A stretch of DNA of 54,473 nt from Dehalococcoidia bacterium (GTDB taxonomy: Bacteria > Chloroflexota > Dehalococcoidia > Lucifugimonadales > UBA3495), in the NCBI GenBank assembly GCA_009692925.1, contig SHYG01000003.1, positions 1 to 54,473 of the forward strand. Reading direction: 5' to 3'. Under the pieces are notes generated by a model, which saw only the letters and a list, made by a program, of their open reading frames with translations, did not search any database and was not told the DNA's origin. Position numbers and translations under genes: made by a program. Position 1 is the stretch's first letter; every line of letters begins with the position of its first letter. Of this stretch, positions 52,060 through 54,473 are shown in pieces.

Positions 52060-53301
52060 ATGCGATGGCTCCTCCGCGGGATATTGGTGGTGTTGTTGGC
52101 CGGTCTGATACTAGCCTCCGGTGGCGGCTACCGGCCCGCCAGCCTGGACTTGCTATTGGCGCCCTACCGGTACAGCCTGCTGGCCTGGGAGCTGGAGCAT
52201 CTCCCGGAGAAGTGGCTCCACAAGCTGGACCGTGCCCTGGCCTGGTGGCAGTCGCCCACTGGCGCCGAAAAGGCGGCCTGGGCGCAGGAGTATTTCTCCC
52301 TGGCCCAGCGCGCGGATCAGGTGGAGCGTGCTCTGGATGGCGAAGGCACTTCCGGCGACCCCCTTACCCAGGAGCAACTCCGCGTGTCCCGGCAGGAGCT
52401 GGCGGACTTGCGCGAGCGGCGGGCGCGGCTGCGGGCCCTGGTGGAAGCGGCCATCGAGGCGGCCATCAGCGATGTCCTGGCCCAGGAGGGTTTGGACTGG
52501 GGCGCAGGGATTGTCATGCCGCCGGTGGATGCGGTGCTCTCCAGCTCGCCGCACGTCCTGGTGACGTCGCCCCGGGAGCGCATCCACCGGGAGTGGGCGG
52601 TGCTGCTGCGACCTGCCCTGGACGACGGCGACAAAGAGCTGGTGGAAGCGGGCGTGTTGGCGGACCGCGGGCTGTCGGCGATTGTAGAAGGCACCGGGGG
52701 TGTGGCCTCCTACCCCAGCGTGGTCTCCGACGCCTACGGGCTGCAATACGGGATGGCCACGGTGGCCCACGAGTGGGTCCACCAGTGGCTATTCTTCCGC
52801 CCGCTGGGTCAGGGCTTTGACCGCACGCCGGAGCTGACCGCCATCAACGAGACGGTGGCCACCATTGTGGGGGAGGAGATCGGCGACCGGGCCTATACCG
52901 CACTGACTGGAGAGGTGGTGGACCGGCCCGCAACCGATTCCAGATCGCCAGAACCAAGCGCAGATGCCCCCGAGGCGGATGCCTTTGACTTCAACGCCGC
53001 CATGCGGGAGACGCGCCTGGGTGCTGAGGAGCTGCTGGCAATGGGAAAGATCGACGAGGCTGAGGCGTATATGGAGCAGCGCCGCCAGTTCCTGGATGGC
53101 CAGGGGTACCCCATCCGCAAGATAAACCAGGCCTACTTTGCCTTCCACGGCTCCTACGCCACCGGCGCGGGCTCAGTCAGTCCCATCGGGCAGCAGCTAC
53201 AGGACTTGCGGCGGGACAGCGCCTCGGCGGCGGAGTTTCTGAAGGTGGTGGCCCGGTTCAGCACCTACCAAGAGTTTTTGGACTACCTGAAAGGTAGGTG
53301 A
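52060..53301 (+). CDS. Exported hypothetical protein with HEXXH motif (putative zinc peptidase)
   Basis: N-terminal hydrophobic helix; AHEWVH followed by INETVA; INQAYFAFHGSYA. Confidence 0.6.
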   Translation: MRWLLRGILVVLLAGLILASGGGYRPASLDLLLAPYRYSLLAWELEHLPEKWLHKLDRALAWWQSPTGAEKAAWAQEYFSLAQRADQVERALDGEGTSGDPLTQEQLRVSRQELADLRERRARLRALVEAAIEAAISDVLAQEGLDWGAGIVMPPVDAVLSSSPHVLVTSPRERIHREWAVLLRPALDDGDKELVEAGVLADRGLSAIVEGTGGVASYPSVVSDAYGLQYGMATVAHEWVHQWLFFRPLGQGFDRTPELTAINETVATIVGEEIGDRAYTALTGEVVDRPATDSRSPEPSADAPEADAFDFNAAMRETRLGAEELLAMGKIDEAEAYMEQRRQFLDGQGYPIRKINQAYFAFHGSYATGAGSVSPIGQQLQDLRRDSASAAEFLKVVARFSTYQEFLDYLKGR

Positions 53302-53336
53302 GCTTGACCGCTAACCAACTTATAGCCCCTCGCTGT

Positions 53337-54328
53337 TCAGGCGCTGTGCTGTATTGTGGTTAAGCCGACTCCCAGGGCTTCCACCACTGGCGTAACGGGC
53401 GCAAGCCGCGCCCAAGGAACTCCTCTACATTGGCTTCTGTGCAGCACCGTCCTGCTACCGCCGCTAGCCTCCTCGTCTATTAACGTAGAGGGCACATCCT
53501 CCCAGTCAAACCCACGTCTGCCGAAGGCGTCTCGTTGCTCCCAAACTATGATCCTATCGTCCTCAATCTTCCAGCCGTTGGCCGCGTCCCCCTCGCTCTT
53601 GGCGTGGGTCGATACCCTCAGCAAGCTATCAAGGCGGGCCTTCACCCGGTCATACCGATTCTCGGCGTAGTCAAACCAGGTTACGGTCTGGCACCAGCGT
53701 GGCGGCGATACGTCTATGGCGCTCGAGATTATGCTGCTTAGCTCGCCTGACGACAGCCCCAGCCAATCTTCCGGTAGTCGCTCATCGTCGAGGCGATCCA
53801 TAACTGATGTCAAGTAGCGGCGATAGAGGTGTCCCGTTAGCCCACGGCGCATCTCCTGTACGCTGCCCTGCAGTCGCTGACGTAGCTCTTCGTTGTGTGG
53901 CGGCAACGCCGGCGTCGTGTAAATCATCATGCTGCGCTTTACCACCTCGTCTGGGAACGACTGGGGCTCCGCATTCATGGAGAGTATGAAACCTGGGTAT
54001 TCTGTGACGGGAGGCTGCATCTCGTCCTTGATCATATCTCTGCCATGAAGCCTGAATGCGTTGCGCCCAATGTCGTCAAACACCACCGGAAACCTTTTGT
54101 ATCCTTGTTGTAACCCACGAAGTTGAGACGTGGTAAAGCTCCTCTTTTCTACTGTGTGGGCATAGCCGAACATAGAGGTCATCAGTGTATCTGCCAGGCT
54201 GGTCTTACCACAGTTAGACTTGCCGAAAATTATCGCAAAGGAGGGATACCGGATTACATCGCTATCCTGCAACAACGCGAGAGAGCGCATGTCACAGATG
54301 AATGGCGAAAAGTATAACCAGGACATAG
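53337..54328 (-). pseudogene. C-terminal part of a P-loop NTPase protein (possible defence gene), cut by IS1182
   Basis: Walker A GKSNCGKT, Walker B VVFDD; lower GC than flanks; 5' end runs into the IS end. Confidence 0.6.
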
Positions 54329-54473
54329 GAGCTTGTCCCACAAACCCCCTTCTCGCAGGGTAGGTAAAGCAGTAAGCTCATGGAAACATGGAGCGAGGTA
54401 CGAGGGGATGGCGTACAACCTGCTGGCGGGTGACCGAGAGCAAGGGTATCTGCTGCCGCCGTCGGTGCGGGAG
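54329..54473 (+). mobile_element. IS1182-family element, left end and transposase start (runs off window)
   Basis: ATG 54408 gives MAYNLLAGDREQGYLLPPSVRE, matching the DR.Q..LLPPS..E transposase N-terminus; left boundary approximate. Confidence 0.75.

Overview
High-GC bacterial chromosomal segment, most consistent with Dehalococcoidia/SAR202-like Chloroflexota. This is inferred from luciferase-like monooxygenases, a CaiB CoA-transferase and several peptide-ABC binding lipoproteins with Pro/Thr linkers. Housekeeping genes are intact (thiL-tsaE-tsaB, ndk, rsfS, gltB/gltD, pyk, hisS, hisF, hisIE, argS, tRNA-Ser-GGA, dpp/opp operon, heterodimeric ABC exporter). At least 9 accessory genes are broken by frameshifts, TAG stops, a 99-bp MITE or IS elements; an IS3 lies at the left edge and an IS1182 at the right edge. 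Intergenic space is dense with REP/MITE-like palindromes. Best lead: the ~250-nt leader of a PhnD-like, putative-selenate-type ABC transporter operon (48301-48583). It holds a coding-biased uORF with an in-frame UGA, a SECIS-like hairpin after it, and an anti-SD/anti-anti-SD switch, making it a candidate selenocysteine-sensing translational attenuator. Second lead: a GIY-YIG nuclease gene fills the spacer of a CGTC-type palindromic repeat whose empty copies occur elsewhere in the window. All calls are by eye; no searches or folding programs were run.
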